Position numbers and translations under genes: made by a program. A model generated the notes under the pieces. It was not told the DNA's origin and ran no database searches. It saw only the letters and a program-made list of their open reading frames with translations. From Oopsacas minuta (Eukaryota > Animalia > Porifera): DNA of 64,000 nucleotides. The stretch is taken from positions 62,001 to 126,000 of the forward strand of contig JAKMXF010000288.1 of NCBI GenBank assembly GCA_024704765.1. The letters are read 5' to 3'. Of this stretch, positions 13,701 through 26,242 are shown one piece after another (position 1 is the first letter of the stretch; each line of letters begins with the position of its first letter).

Positions 13701-16700
13701 TTTGATTTTGATTAGTTTCAAACAGAGTCCCAGAAATAATGCTAGGACCATAGGGTCCTGAGAATAACTCCTCTCCATATTAATATCAACTCTTTGCGTC
13801 ACGTATGTTCACAGGGACTGGATATTTTGATAAGAGATTCGATTTAAAACTTGGATCAAAAACGCTTCTCAGCTGTCCATGAAAAATCAGCCTCAACAAT
13901 TCGGAAACGCATTCTATGACGCTGTGGCAACAAAACCCCCTTCACAATAAAGACCTAACTGCAACAAGTTGTAATCTAATATTGAATAGAATTACTACTA
14001 ACAAACAACAATAAAATGTGTTACTATTGTAGACGTGACAATAATTACTTCATAATTATTACTAATTTAAAAGCATTAGACAAAAGCCGTAACTATGGTA
14101 GAACTAAGGAATGTTATAGACTAAATACTAGTGAGATGCTAGTAGCAAGTTATAGGGGGGTGTGGTTATGAGCTAATCTCGCATGTCTTCATCCCCGGAG
14201 TGTTCCTTGACTGGGGACTCGGAAGGAGATCGTTCGTGCTCCGGAGATTCTGCTTCAGACTTGAGGGAGTATTTGTCATTTGTTGGAGATTTCTTGATGG
14301 GTGAGGGAGACCTTGATTCGGATTTACTCTCATTAGAATGTGAATCTCGCATTCGTCGCTTTTTCCTACTGTCGTGAGATGAACGGCTTCTTCGCTTGCG
14401 TTCACGATCTCTACTCCTGTCTCTGTCTCTTTCTCTTTCCCTCTCGCGGTAACGATCCCTGCCTCGAGACGGACTTGGACTGCTACTGCTTCGTGAGTAA
14501 CTCCGTGAATGACGTCTGGTCCTTGAGTGTGAGTGTGAGTGTGATCTGCTACGTGATCTAGAACGACTGCGTCTGCCAGGACTATGACGACTCCTCCCAT
14601 CAAACAGACGTATTGTTCGCCCGTGGAGTTCTTGCCCGTCCAACTTCCTCAGAGCAGTTTTCATATCATCATAAGCCATAAATTCAACTATTCCCTCTCC
14701 TACTCGCTTTCTATGTGCATCTGCATAGGATATCCTTCCTGCTACACGCATAAAATCTTTCAAATCCTGCCATGACACACGACTCGACAGGTTTTCAACA
14801 ACAACACGATATTCCGTTCTTACAGGGGGACCATACTTAGCATACCCCCGGGAGTAGTAATACCCACGATACCCAGATCTGAAGCTGCTGCTGCTCATGC
14901 TCATTGGAGGAGATGATCTACGTCCATAGCTTGAGCCTCCTTTCGCCAATTCAACTAGCACTCTCTCTCCCAGCAAATCTTTCCCATCACATGAATACAC
15001 AGCTTCATCAGCATCACGTACACTATCAAATTCAACAAACCCAAACCCATTCTTGAGATTGATGTCTCGTATACGTCCATATGGTTTGAAGAATCTCTCT
15101 ACATCTCTTTCACGGGCAGCAGGACTGAGGCGACCGATGTAAACACGATTCGTCATCTCTGTTAATAAACCAACAAATATTAAAATACAGTGGAACCTTG
15201 GGAATTATCAACAACCTTAGCCCGAATCAATCGGATATTTCGTATTTCAGAAACTTTCAAAAATTAACCAGTATCTTAGAACAACTCGAAAAATCTGTTA
15301 TACGGGGTTCCACTGTATATATGTATATACCCAACAAACATACGTCATTTTCGCATATTTCAAACCTACTTACCTTCATACAGTAATCTCTACAATTCGG
15401 AACCCATCTTAACCTCAACTCTGTGCACATTACGTAATTTAGAAAAAAATTGAATTTCACCCCTATTTATATACACTGACACATCAGGACTCGTGAGCTT
15501 TAATTCCCTCATAAAACCAATGGTCAGTAACTACATCTATCCACTCATCCTACTCCAGGTCAGCACAATCATGCACACCAGTTTACCAACAGAAAATACA
15601 TCAAATTATGTAGACACCTGACTCCATCGACATCCTAAGACATCGAGTCATCTGCCTAGTGAATTGATTAAGAGGTTATCCATGGTACTAAAAACTTATT
15701 CATACTCACTCGTAAGAGTTACCATTGGTTTTCAAAGGCTAAATTATAACACGTGTTCTATACTACAAGAATAAGTTATCGATAAATTAAGTGATCTATT
15801 TGGAATTTCGAATAGCATAATTTGAAGTAATGCTCTTACAAACTGTGGCGTTATAGACGCAAAGTCGCTCAGTTGTATGTTTCCCAAAGCACAGTTATTA
15901 ATTATCGCGTAAAGCATTGCATTGGGTGCGGGAAAAATCAAAAAACTCATCCAGCGTTCTCTGATTTGATGAGGTAGCATGTATGCTAGACAGCTGTACT
16001 TAATTAATATGAAGTCACGCATTATGATATTCAGTTGCTGAATATGTTCATCCAATACAGTGAATTTGAATTGGTTTATGACTATGGAGCAGTTATTTCT
16101 GGCACGAGAAGTGTATTTAATTGTTAATGTTGATAATAAAGTGAACAATATCAAAAGTAGCAATGCTGGGCTCAATAGATGATCAGTGGTTAAGATAGCA
16201 AGAAATTTTGAATAGTTTAATAATCGAATTTATTAACTGCTGGAAAATATTAAGTTTTATCGTCTATGGTGGCTTACATAGGCGCCGAACCGGGGGCGAG
16301 CCCCACCTCGTTTGGTTACAGCTCCGTAGAGTTAATACAAAATGTGTGAGCCCTCCTGGTGGCTTAATAATACACTAAAGGACCTGGACATGACCTGGAA
16401 TCGAAATGAAAAGTTCTGACATTTTGTATACCATGAATTCACGTTATATTCAACAAGGATATATTAAAATATGGTACCAAAGCGTCAAAGTAACATACAT
16501 TCAATGTCGAAGAAATTATCGCGGTTCCGTGAGCTTCGACAATCTGCAAGTTGACTATTTATATCAGAATATTTAGAAGTAAAACAAACAAATGTAATTC
16601 CTCCAAAATGTATTCAATAAAATAAGGTGATTAGTCCACAGAGATTGTATTGAATGAATGTATACAGTCAACTCCTGTCTATCGAAATGCCCACAACTTA

Positions 16701-19700
16701 AATCTTGAATTGTACCCATATGGCCTCAAAACGGCAAAGAAACATAGATTTCGGTACCTAGATTCCATCGGTTATATCAAAGGAATTATCTTGTACCTTG
16801 AAGTTCGATATATCGGGAATTGACTGTACATTTATGCAATATTATCTTGGAGAATACGTGCAGACATAAATGGCGCAAACTAATAAATAAAATTATAGAA
16901 TAGGGAAAATACAAATAATTATGAGGAAATTAGAAAGAATGTTGAACTCACAGAACAGATTCTGAGATCTTTGAAGCGATAATATATGATTAGTTGATTG
17001 TTTGTAGGATGATAAAGGAGATGATGAAGATATCGACAAAAGGCTATGGGGAGAACTAGAATCAGATGATGAATCTTCAGATGAGGTTGTATTACAATAC
17101 TATTATAGCTATCCTATAGATATCCACTATATAGCTATATGCAGTAGAAATAATGAATAATGGTTCATTACTATGTGATAGAAAATTGTCACTGAATTTT
17201 TTGTTAGAAAATACATCAATGGCGAATAGTTGGACAAAAATTCAAATTGGCTTTAATTCTTAAATTCCAATGAATTTATGATAGTATTAAATTCATTTTA
17301 ACACCTTTATTGACAGAAAAGATTTTAAGAAATCAGCCATTCAAGTTGTATTCAAATACATCATCCTCAGGGTCTGTTTTTCGGACAGAATTGGGATGAT
17401 CCCAATCTGGGGTCAACAAGATCTATTGCAGTCTATGGAAGGGGGTCTAAATTTACCGATTATTGAGATAAAAATTATAGTATTTCCCTAAATAGCAAAG
17501 TATTTGCTGTCGAATTAATTCTGTTTACTGCAGTCCAAACTGGATGATTTCGTCTTCATAATTATGAAAATGTATGGACGAAACACTCCTATTTTGGCTG
17601 TAGTTGTTGTGTGAATATAGATTGTTACATGTTGTAGAAATACAACAGATTTCAATATATTATAATATTTAGAGTGATAATGCTTCTGAAGAAGAGATAG
17701 CTAAACCTCCACTACCAGAGGATCCTGGTATTAGAACTCCAGCTGGGTGAGTTAGAATCTAATTAACATATTTATTGAGATTCAAATGTGCTTTGATTTA
17801 TAGACCGTAGATCTTGAAAAAACTAGAGATATTTTATTAACAAAATTTCCAGTTTATCTATACAGATCTTCAACTTTTCCACCAGAAAGTTCAAAAGGGG
17901 GAAACATGCTTTGTATCTTTTCTTTACTTTGGCTAGCATGCATGTTAATCGTTACATGATGTACGAGCATAATAGTAATAACCATTTTGGCGTATTTATC
18001 TACTGTGACAACCAGGTGTACCGAATGTATAAACACCCGTGACATTCCAGCCGGGCTCTGGCCGTGAAAATGAATTCTACCTACTATGTAATACATCAGA
18101 GAATACAACAAATCATTTGGCTGCTCTATAATCAATAAAGTATTAGTCGGAAACTTGTTTCAGCTCCACAATCCGCATCAAGTGAACCTGCCATATGAAT
18201 ATTGTCCACATGCTTAGATGGACATCGCGTGGAACTGAAACAAGTTTCTCATTAACAGGGGCCTTATATGAAATTAATAATGTCTAGATATAATTCTAAT
18301 CAGTCCATCTATGTCCACATTCATCATTACAACAAACGTAGTACAGCTTCATTCCTTCATCGGGGTTAGTAGACTGACTCTGAAAGAATACAGCCTCTCT
18401 GTACTCACAGGCAGGACATGGGGACTCCTCTGTACGTGGTAGAGTTGGGTCATGCGCCACGTCAGCTATTATTCGCGTCAGTTCATCTACCTCGTGACGT
18501 ATCTTGTTCACGTAAATACAGGAAGATTCTTGTTCGCTTAGATCCATGTTCTTAGCTTCCTATCAATAAATATACAAGTACTCATAGTCAGCTTAATCAG
18601 AGCTTCTCAACCTATGGTCATATGACCTAACTTGGCCACAATTTGACCTCTGAGAAGTTTACGTCATATTTTGGTCAAGTTGATATTCTATAACTATTTT
18701 AGACCAAACTTGACCAACGTGGCCAAACATGATCGATCTTGAATCAAAATCTAGTTGGTGTGGTCAACTTGTCATTATACAGAATGTTATGCAAAGTGTT
18801 ACCTCAGCCCATGAGAATTTGAGTAAACCTAAGTTAGATAATATTATTAAAATATATATCCAGGGTGGACAGTCCCTTTATTTTGAAAGGGGTATTATCG
18901 CTACGAGAGTATTTGGTTAACAGTCAACTCCCGTTTGATCGAAGATCAAGGGACCACGATATACACTTTTCGATATAACCGATGGAATTCATGTTTTTAC
19001 GGTTTGGGGCATATTTGTACAATTCAGACTTCTATATAAGGCAAGTATTCGCTATCTGTGTTTGATATAACGGGACTTGACTGTACTATTGCCTAACCTT
19101 TTTAAAATGACAAGTCCTACACTCATAGAAAAGTGCTTTCCTAGCTTTGTCTTCCTTGGGGTACAGCATGTTATTACACTCCTGACAGAACTGTATACCT
19201 ACAAATGAGGGTCCACTCTTTGGTGGTTCTTTCTGAGTTGTGTCAAACAAACTATCTGTTGTCATGTCCATTGCCATTATATGAAGGAATGTCTAGTGCC
19301 TTTAAAATATCTATAGATGAGTTATTTACTTACGTAGTAATTCACAACATTTTAGCTGTAACCTGTTGTGTCCAATATATTATCGTTCTTACGGAAAATA
19401 CTCCTTTATCTTAGCGCAGGGAATTTTTTATAGCTTTTTTGTCAAAAGATTGTTGCAGTGTAGTATACGAAAAAAGAGATTTGTGTTTTAATTAATTTCC
19501 ATGCAAAATTTCCCAAAATCTTTCATACTTTATTAGCCCCTCAATTCTCTTGGTAACTCCCTTAATGGTTAGATATACTCTACATTATTGGTTGCTACGA
19601 AATACTACAAGGGCCTGGAATCAGTGTTGACCAGTACTTCTCAACCTGGGTCCGTAATCCCCAAAAGTTGCATTATAGTGAGTCCGTGTATCCCATAAAT

Positions 19701-21654
19701 TGAACATAGGGGAGTCCACGGGTACAAATGGTTGAGAACCACTTGTGTAGACTATAGTGAGTGTATATCCGAATTCGTGTAACTCACAGCGTTATCACGA
19801 GAGTTGACAGGCCTGCAATCAATTCACAAGTCATTTATACTGCGTGAACAAAAGTGATATAAATAAAGAGTTCGTACTTTTTCCAGAGTTTCGTATTAAA
19901 CCAAGTCCACTGTGTATCAATTGATATTTTGATATGTTTATCGATGAACTCTATAGATTCACTACACCTAGTGGTCTAATCTCTGTACCCAGAGGAATAG
20001 AAACTCCAGCCACTATTGAACTGAGGTAGGCATCATTTAGATAGTTATCAATTGGATTTATTATAGAGATTAAGTGGTTTATTTTCGGTTTAATCTACAG
20101 GAAGCGTCCTACAGAAGATGGACATGAAGGGTGAATATACTACAATAGAAATTAAGTTCAATTATGTATTTACCCTGTGCATCAAACGATCGTGTATTAT
20201 GCTAAATATGTGTAGGATGTGGAAAGAATGCACTCATTTTCCAATTTTTACCACAATAGTTTAGATTGTAATACACTGTAGCTGTATAGTATTATAATGG
20301 TTGAGTATAATCTAATATAATCAATCTTGTAGAGGAGAACCTCCATCTCTCTTTACTGTACTCCCAGAGAAGCAGACAACTACTGGTACTTTCCTGACTA
20401 CACATACATTTGACTTATCAGGAGTGAGTATTATAATGTAGAAATATCCATGTAATAATAGTAGCTCAATTCAGAAGCTCAGTGTAAAATTAAACTGGTC
20501 AAACTGGGTAGTGTTCCCAACCTAGAAGGGTAAAAAGTGAATTCGTTGAGTTATATTTGTATATATCTTTTAGATTGTTCCAGGTCATTCTGCTAAAGTA
20601 AGTAGAGATAGCATGCTTTTATTCTATTCGAGATTGCTCATATATTTACCCTGAATACGACTGGTCAAAAGTGTAAAAATGTCGGTAAACGTAGTGCGAA
20701 TTTTTGATGCTCTAACTCATTACGCTCAAACAGATAGGCCGTAATCGGCTAACTCAGATTGATGCCATGTGGTGATATAACGATTATTAATTAATAATGA
20801 CGTCATTCAGTATTCTATCGTTTGAATAATACTCCAAGTGAATATTTGAACAGCTGATTTATTTGATGAATATTATGATATATATATATATATGTATATG
20901 TATAGGCTCCCACACCAGCTATGAGTTCAGAAGGAGTAGAATTAATGTTGGATCCTAGTGAGCTAGACATGGAGCCTTCTACACTACAGGCTAAGTAAGT
21001 GCTTATACATGTATAATTCCATATAGAACAGCAGTTCTCAACCTGTGATCCACAGATTGTGCTAAAATTGGCACAGTGGTTCCACAGGTGAAAAGGTTGT
21101 GAACTTCTGGTAGAGAATGTCTGAATTGGAACGAAAATGTTTATTACGTATATTTTGTATTATACGTATAGCAAACAAATTTTGGTGACGTAACTTCTAT
21201 TTGATTGATTTCTGCAATAATTATTTTGCATGAAAACAGAAGTTCTCGAATTGAATTATTCGTTAGAATGGATCAGGGATATATTATACAAGATTATTTG
21301 AGGACCGTTTTCCAGAGGATGGTTCTTATATTCGATATGTTATCATAACGGTGTGTTCTTATAAGCGATACCCACTGTATATGCTTAGAAGATTAAATTC
21401 GCTAATTGTGAGACAAATTTTCTGTATATTATATAAAATTTGTACTGTTTGTATTCTCTCTAATTATTTAGGTTTGAACAAAAGTTAAAGGATCGTGATG
21501 ATGAAAACTCAACAGATGTGAAGAAGGTAATAAACAGTTGTATACAAAATTACTATATTGTCTTAAACTCTTACTTTTTTAGGGAAAACGCAAGAAGTCA
21601 CAGACTGAAACAACTAAATCCAGCAGTAAAAAGATGAAATCATTCAAATTTTAA
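7710..21654 (+). CDS. SF3B2: Splicing factor 3B subunit 2 (SAP145); 24 coding exons; about 609 aa
   Basis: Exons 7710-7761, 8283-8449, 8624-8712, 9306-9381, 9618-9677, 9870-9917, 10434-10580, 10666-10725, 11036-11086, 11219-11260, 11329-11429, 11511-11559, 12107-12196, 12341-12448, 13136-13243, 17008-17085, 17673-17746, 19957-20025, 20101-20130, 20333-20423, 20574-20597, 20906-20994, 21472-21526, 21583-21654 splice in frame. Motifs include [75 protein letters not shown] and a terminal KF. The first two exons are less certain. Confidence 0.95.
8870..9285. mobile_element. Second copy of the composite repeat at 4958-5390, in SF3B2 intron 3
   Basis: Shared blocks CAGCATACTCGATTACCC, TTTGTTTACTTTATATTCAT and TCGGATTCAG. 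ACGGACAAAC..ACAACAATTGAGATTTAATA occurs twice (about 8933 and 9244). Confidence 0.6.
9708..9841. mobile_element. Tc1/mariner(pogo)-type MITE
   Basis: TA|CAGCAGAACTTCG ... GAGATTCTACTG|TA: imperfect TIRs with TA flanks. Confidence 0.6.
14173..15156 (-). CDS. SRSF4/5/6: SR protein of the SRSF4/5/6 (B52) family; intronless CDS nested antisense in SF3B2 intron 14; 327 aa
   Basis: RRM1 ([16 protein letters not shown]), pseudo-RRM with SWQDLKD, then an RS domain. Confidence 0.95.
   Translation of the reverse strand: MTNRVYIGRLSPAARERDVERFFKPYGRIRDINLKNGFGFVEFDSVRDADEAVYSCDGKDLLGERVLVELAKGGSSYGRRSSPPMSMSSSSFRSGYRGYYYSRGYAKYGPPVRTEYRVVVENLSSRVSWQDLKDFMRVAGRISYADAHRKRVGEGIVEFMAYDDMKTALRKLDGQELHGRTIRLFDGRSRHSPGRRSRSRSRSRSHSHSHSRTRRHSRSYSRSSSSPSPSRGRDRYRERERERDRDRSRDRERKRRSRSSHDSRKKRRMRDSHSNESKSESRSPSPIKKSPTNDKYSLKSEAESPEHERSPSESPVKEHSGDEDMRD
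15188..15315. mobile_element. Tc1/mariner(pogo)-type MITE
   Basis: TA|CAGTGGAACC ... GGTTCCACTG|TA. Relatives at about 7885-8030 and 22425-22540. Confidence 0.7.
16665..16826. mobile_element. MITE family CAGTCAACTCC (Tc1/mariner-pogo type)
   Basis: TA|CAGTCAACTCC ... GGAATTGACTG|TA. Further copies at 18921-19083, 30312-30480, 38866-39033, 52986-53155, about 59310-59450 and from about 63909 to the window end. Confidence 0.8.
18296..19277 (-). CDS. POLR2I: RNA polymerase II subunit RPB9; exons 19277-19098, 18559-18296; nested antisense in SF3B2 intron 16; 147 aa
   Basis: [54 protein letters not shown] and LYYVC...CGHRWT (two zinc ribbons). Phase-0 GT-AG intron. Confidence 0.96.
18921..19083. 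mobile_element. MITE (CAGTCAACTCC family) in the POLR2I intron
   Basis: CAGTCAACTCCCG ... CGGGACTTGACTG|TA. Confidence 0.75.
19632..19744. mobile_element. hAT-type MITE (TTCTCAACC family)
   Basis: TIR CAGTACTTCTCAACC / GGTTGAGAACCACTT; 8-bp flanks GTGTTGAC / GTGTAGAC. Relatives at 21029-21109, about 12950, 18600, 53540-53625 and 56575-56690. Confidence 0.7.
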
Positions 21655-22317
21655 TAATTCAATATACTTACAAAACCAAAATTATTACTCAAAGAATTCT
21701 AGATTTACTAAATATTGTGGATAGAATAATTATTGGGTTTACATATGTCAAGCCAGCCAAGGTCGTAGCAAGTAGATTTCAATTAGTCAGGTTGACTTAT
21801 ACGAAATATATACATATAGCACCACCAAGATTGGTCCAGTTAAAACCTGACCAACCTGACAGCCTACTACGGCCACGTCATGTGTATATTGACATAGCTT
21901 AGAATAATTCAAATATTTAAGGGGGATATCAGAGAATATTTGAGAATAGTAATTAGTCATTACTCATTTTGTAACGCGAGGGTAGTATGCGAAGTGTGGC
22001 AGCTCCCTTCCTTTTTGTATTACAAAACGATGAAAAAGCGTGACACAAGGAGGGAAAGGTCAAATTTAGGGAATTTTGCGTTACGTAATGTTTGATCGAC
22101 GGGCCCAATGCAATGATCTATTGAAATTCTTTTATGGCTAATCAGAATGTAATTCATGTACCATTCTATACTATCACTGTTATATGATATCAAGGTAGTG
22201 AATTGGTTAATAACTTTACCCCTAAATATGTCTTGTACAGTCCTACACATATACATACAAATTGGTAGGATATAATTACATATAATTATGAGAGGGGAAT
22301 TTGATTTTATTTGAAAA

Positions 22318-25300
22318 ATGAATACTGCTGTTTTGATTGTGTGTCTTGCTAGTTTATTGATCATTCAGACATCTTGTCAAAGTAAGAAAATAATCGTATA
22401 TAGCGTGTATAGTAGACTCCTGTTGCAGTGGAACCTGTCTAAACCGACAGTGTTGGGATCTGAAATAGCTTTCGACAATTCGCTAAACTGACGAAATTTT
22501 CATGTCCCAACGAGCGTCGCTTTTTGCAGGTTCCACTGTATACCCAAGTCAAATATAACGAAACTCTTGTTATAACGGAGTTTATCTACCTCCTATAGCT
22601 TAAAGTAATTGATTTTACTCCGTTTTTAAGTCAATAAAACAGTTAACAATAGTTAATTCGAATTATCGAACAGAAATTTTGTAATGCATATTTCAAGGAA
22701 AAATGTTCGTTAACGGTTGTCGGCGGTAGTTAATTAAAACTTAAAAAGAGAGTCTTTGTATTCGTTGTTTGAAAAGTTTCTTATATAGATTTGAGTGTGA
22801 ACTGTATTCCGCCTCTTGAATCCAGATACAGAGCTGTCAATAGTGGAGAAATACGTGCAGAATGCTTTGGGGGAGGCGATCCTTGTCCTCTTACAAGATG
22901 GTCTAAAATTACCACACTATATACCTATCCAAGAGAAAATATCTCCGTTTCTATTGAGTCAACCGAGGTCAGTAGTGAACTGTTCGTATGCACGTCACTA
23001 AATCCTACTGGCATAGAGCATTGTTTCATGAGTGCATACTTTGAAACACATGAGCGTTTGTATTCGATTTCACTTTCCTATCTAAATCCAGATCAGAATT
23101 ACAACTATTCGGGGAGGGATTATGATTCAATCCAGTGCGTCTTTAGTTCTAAAAGTGAAGATTTTATTGCTCGAGAATCTGAAGTACTTTTGTCATTGTT
23201 AACTGTACAAAAAACTTGGGTAACTGATGAATCAAATTTGACGAATTATATACATATATTCTATGAGTTTATGTGTATTATTGATCAATTCGGTGCAAAC
23301 TTCACGAAATATAATCCATTCTTTGGTGACAACATTTATCAAAGTGGATTAATAATTTCTGATTTCGTTTCGACTATTTACACAACTGAAGATGATAAAT
23401 ACATAGAATTGTTCACTTATCTGTCTGCTTCACTTATTTATTTGGAGAATTATATGAATATAAGTAATGGACAAGCTGAGAGGAAGGAATTAACAGAATG
23501 TGCAGTTATGGCAGGTAAATATAATTACTCAGCTTTGAATATAAAATTTTTGCCAAAACCTGGACATTTTCACGGGTTTTCCGAAAAACTGAACTTCTAA
23601 AATTTCCTTAGATTTCAGTGATAATTATTTCCATTTTTGAAAGAAAATAAGTCTTTTTGTATTTACTCTTATTCTAGGTATCTATACGACTCCTTCTACA
23701 AATCCTGTTACTCCATTTATCAATAAAATCACAGATTTAATTGAATTTATTATTAACTCAAACAGTTCGGAAATAGAAGAGAAGATTATTAATACAACGA
23801 AAGAGTTTGAAAATTTCGTTGACTTAATTGATCAGAAAATGGCGCAGGACAATGTATTGACTGACAAAATAGTATTATTGGTTTCACAAATGCTATCTGC
23901 TTTAAAATCAACGAACTCTTCAGATTCAAGTAACTTTCCTACATCTTTATTACGGACTATCCAAAGTTTGGAGATATATATTGACAAAAAGATACAAGGT
24001 AAAGAATCTGATACAAATCAAATACTAATAGAAGACGATATAATACTAATTAGTATTATTAAAATCAACACGTCAAGTATGATGCAACCGTTAACTTTAC
24101 CGAACAAAACCTTAATTGAAAATCAAAACTCCCCAATTGCTTCTATCCCTGTTTCCGTAATGGAACAAGTCGCTATGGAAAATAATGTATTAAGCTTCTA
24201 CATATCAACTATTTCATATGATTTTGATGTATTTTTCGCTGATGAAGCTGTAACAACGCGGTTTTTATCACTCAACTTTCACCTGCCACAATATTCAAAT
24301 TTCGCGAGTACGATTAATATAACATTTTCACATGACATAGGATTTATCGATGACGTCACGACAGCGGAATGTATTTTTTTCAACAATACAGACGGCCTGA
24401 ATAATACAGGGCTTAAGTTACTTAATTATAATGAGGAAACTATCGTTTGTAGTACGAATCATACGACAACGTTCTCGGCAATCGTCAGGTTTGTTCGGAA
24501 ACCAGACAGGGGAGAGTATCTAGCTTCTAAAATTGTTAGCTTCATTCTAATTGCGTTTTCGTTTTTCGCGATTTTCATGTCTTTACTTCTATTTTGTTTG
24601 GCTGGCAAAACCTTTTTCCTCAATCTTCCTAATCTGGTCTATTTTAACTATGCAATTACCTTGCTATTCGGGTGTGGAACTTTCCTATTTCTCCTACCAA
24701 CAGCAGTGCTGAATAGGTATTTCTGTGTAGCTGCAGTGTTCATAAGTCAATATGCTTGGATTTCTGTATTTACTTGGAGTTTATGTGTCAGTATAATGCT
24801 AGTGTATTTTTCTCGAATTAGGAAAATACATGTTCGCAATATCAAACCGTTTACATGCTACTTTATATTCGGATGGGGGCTACCATTGATTCCATGCTTA
24901 ATCACGCTATTGAGCACAACCCCTGATTACCTCCAAGATTATATTAATTACGAATCCATGGTGGAAAACGCTACCTGCTTCCTATCGAATTCTCTACCAC
25001 ATCACACTAGCTGGGGTCTGCTTGGCCCTGTATTAATTTTACTGTTTTTGAACATAATACTTCTAACTTATCTGAGTATTTACTTGTGTTGGCAGATGAA
25101 TATATGCTGTGGCCCTAAAGAAACACGGGAAATTGATATCAAATTCAAACAGAATTTCAGATCTCTTTACATTGGTTTTCTAAGCATTATCTTGATATTA
25201 GGATTACCGTGGATATTTTTGCTAGTTAACGTATTGTGTGAGTACTTTATTCAGGTTGATTTATTGTCTTCAATAATGGAATGGCTATTTTTAATAATTA

Positions 25301-25569
25301 ATGCACCAATTGGAGTTGTTTTCTTCTTTGCATACACAATTAAAGCAAAGGAAGTTAGGAATATATTTTCACGGAATATCTTTACTAAGAATAGTAATTT
25401 ACGTTTTAAAACATCGAATACTTCTCCCACACATCAATCTCCTCCTCTCCCAACCTCAATGCCTAGACCTAGGAAGAGGCTTACCATTATTACGTCACCA
25501 AGTAGCTCATTAACATCTGATCTATCGCCTACTTCCGGTTTCTATGATAATCCAATGTATTCTCCGTAG
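22318..25569 (+). CDS. Adhesion GPCR 1: signal peptide, Ig-like ectodomain, GAIN/GPS, 7TM; exons 22318-22381, 22789-23514, 23678-25569; about 893 aa
   Basis: Signal peptide MNTAVLIVCLASLLIIQTSCQ; two phase-1 introns keep frame; GPS-like ECIFF...IVCSTNHTTTFSAIV directly before seven hydrophobic segments. Confidence 0.9.
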
Positions 25570-26242
25570 ATTAATTATCACCAGTGTATGTATATTAACC
25601 TATAATTGGTATAAAGTGTGTATTCACAGCTGTGTAGTATTTTGTATAATATTTGCGGGTTCTTATGAATATTGTATTTAACCTCCATTATTAATATTCA
25701 GATTCTGTTATAATACAGACATGAGAATCAGATGATTAATAAAAACGTGTTGAATTTACTTTGGATACACTAGTAGGTTGTAGGAATGTATAGTTCAAAC
25801 AACCGAAATTGTATATATACGTGACATTATGTTTGATGTAATGTAGAGATTGTATTCATTTTCACCTCATTTATATTCAAAAATTCGGTTAACTAAGCAA
25901 TTCCAGTTTTTTGTGAGATTTGACAATGTTTAGGTTTCTACTAGACAACTACGCGTTAGGCCAGTATTAAAATGGTGTACTAATTTCTTTGTCCGTTGCT
26001 CGCATACTTCCTAAAATGGTAGATCATAAGCTACTATAACACAGATAGGAAAGTAGCAGAGAATTAAGTATGCACTCTTAAGCTTCTGGCTTTATAAAGG
26101 AATCAAAGAATTATTCACTCAAACTAATTAGTCAATAACAACAAAGATGTACATATTATATATCAAAAATCAGGACAACCTAGCATATACTTGTTCAATA
26201 ATATTAATCAATATTCACTGCTTATACCATAGCAGTTTCATC

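Noticed and set aside
14166-14603. Alternative-frame and antisense ORFs over the RS domain; likewise 38104-38415, 31977-32288, 60787-61152 and 62774-63046
   Set aside because: Shadows of real CDSs in low-complexity or stop-poor sequence.
15744-16175. 143-aa minus-strand ORF upstream of the SR gene
   Set aside because: TTG start, no recognisable motif, overlaps the probable SR promoter/5'UTR exon and donor at 15839; treated as non-coding.
22020-22364. 114-aa minus-strand ORF
   Set aside because: No motif; overlaps the signal-peptide exon of aGPCR1 on the other strand.
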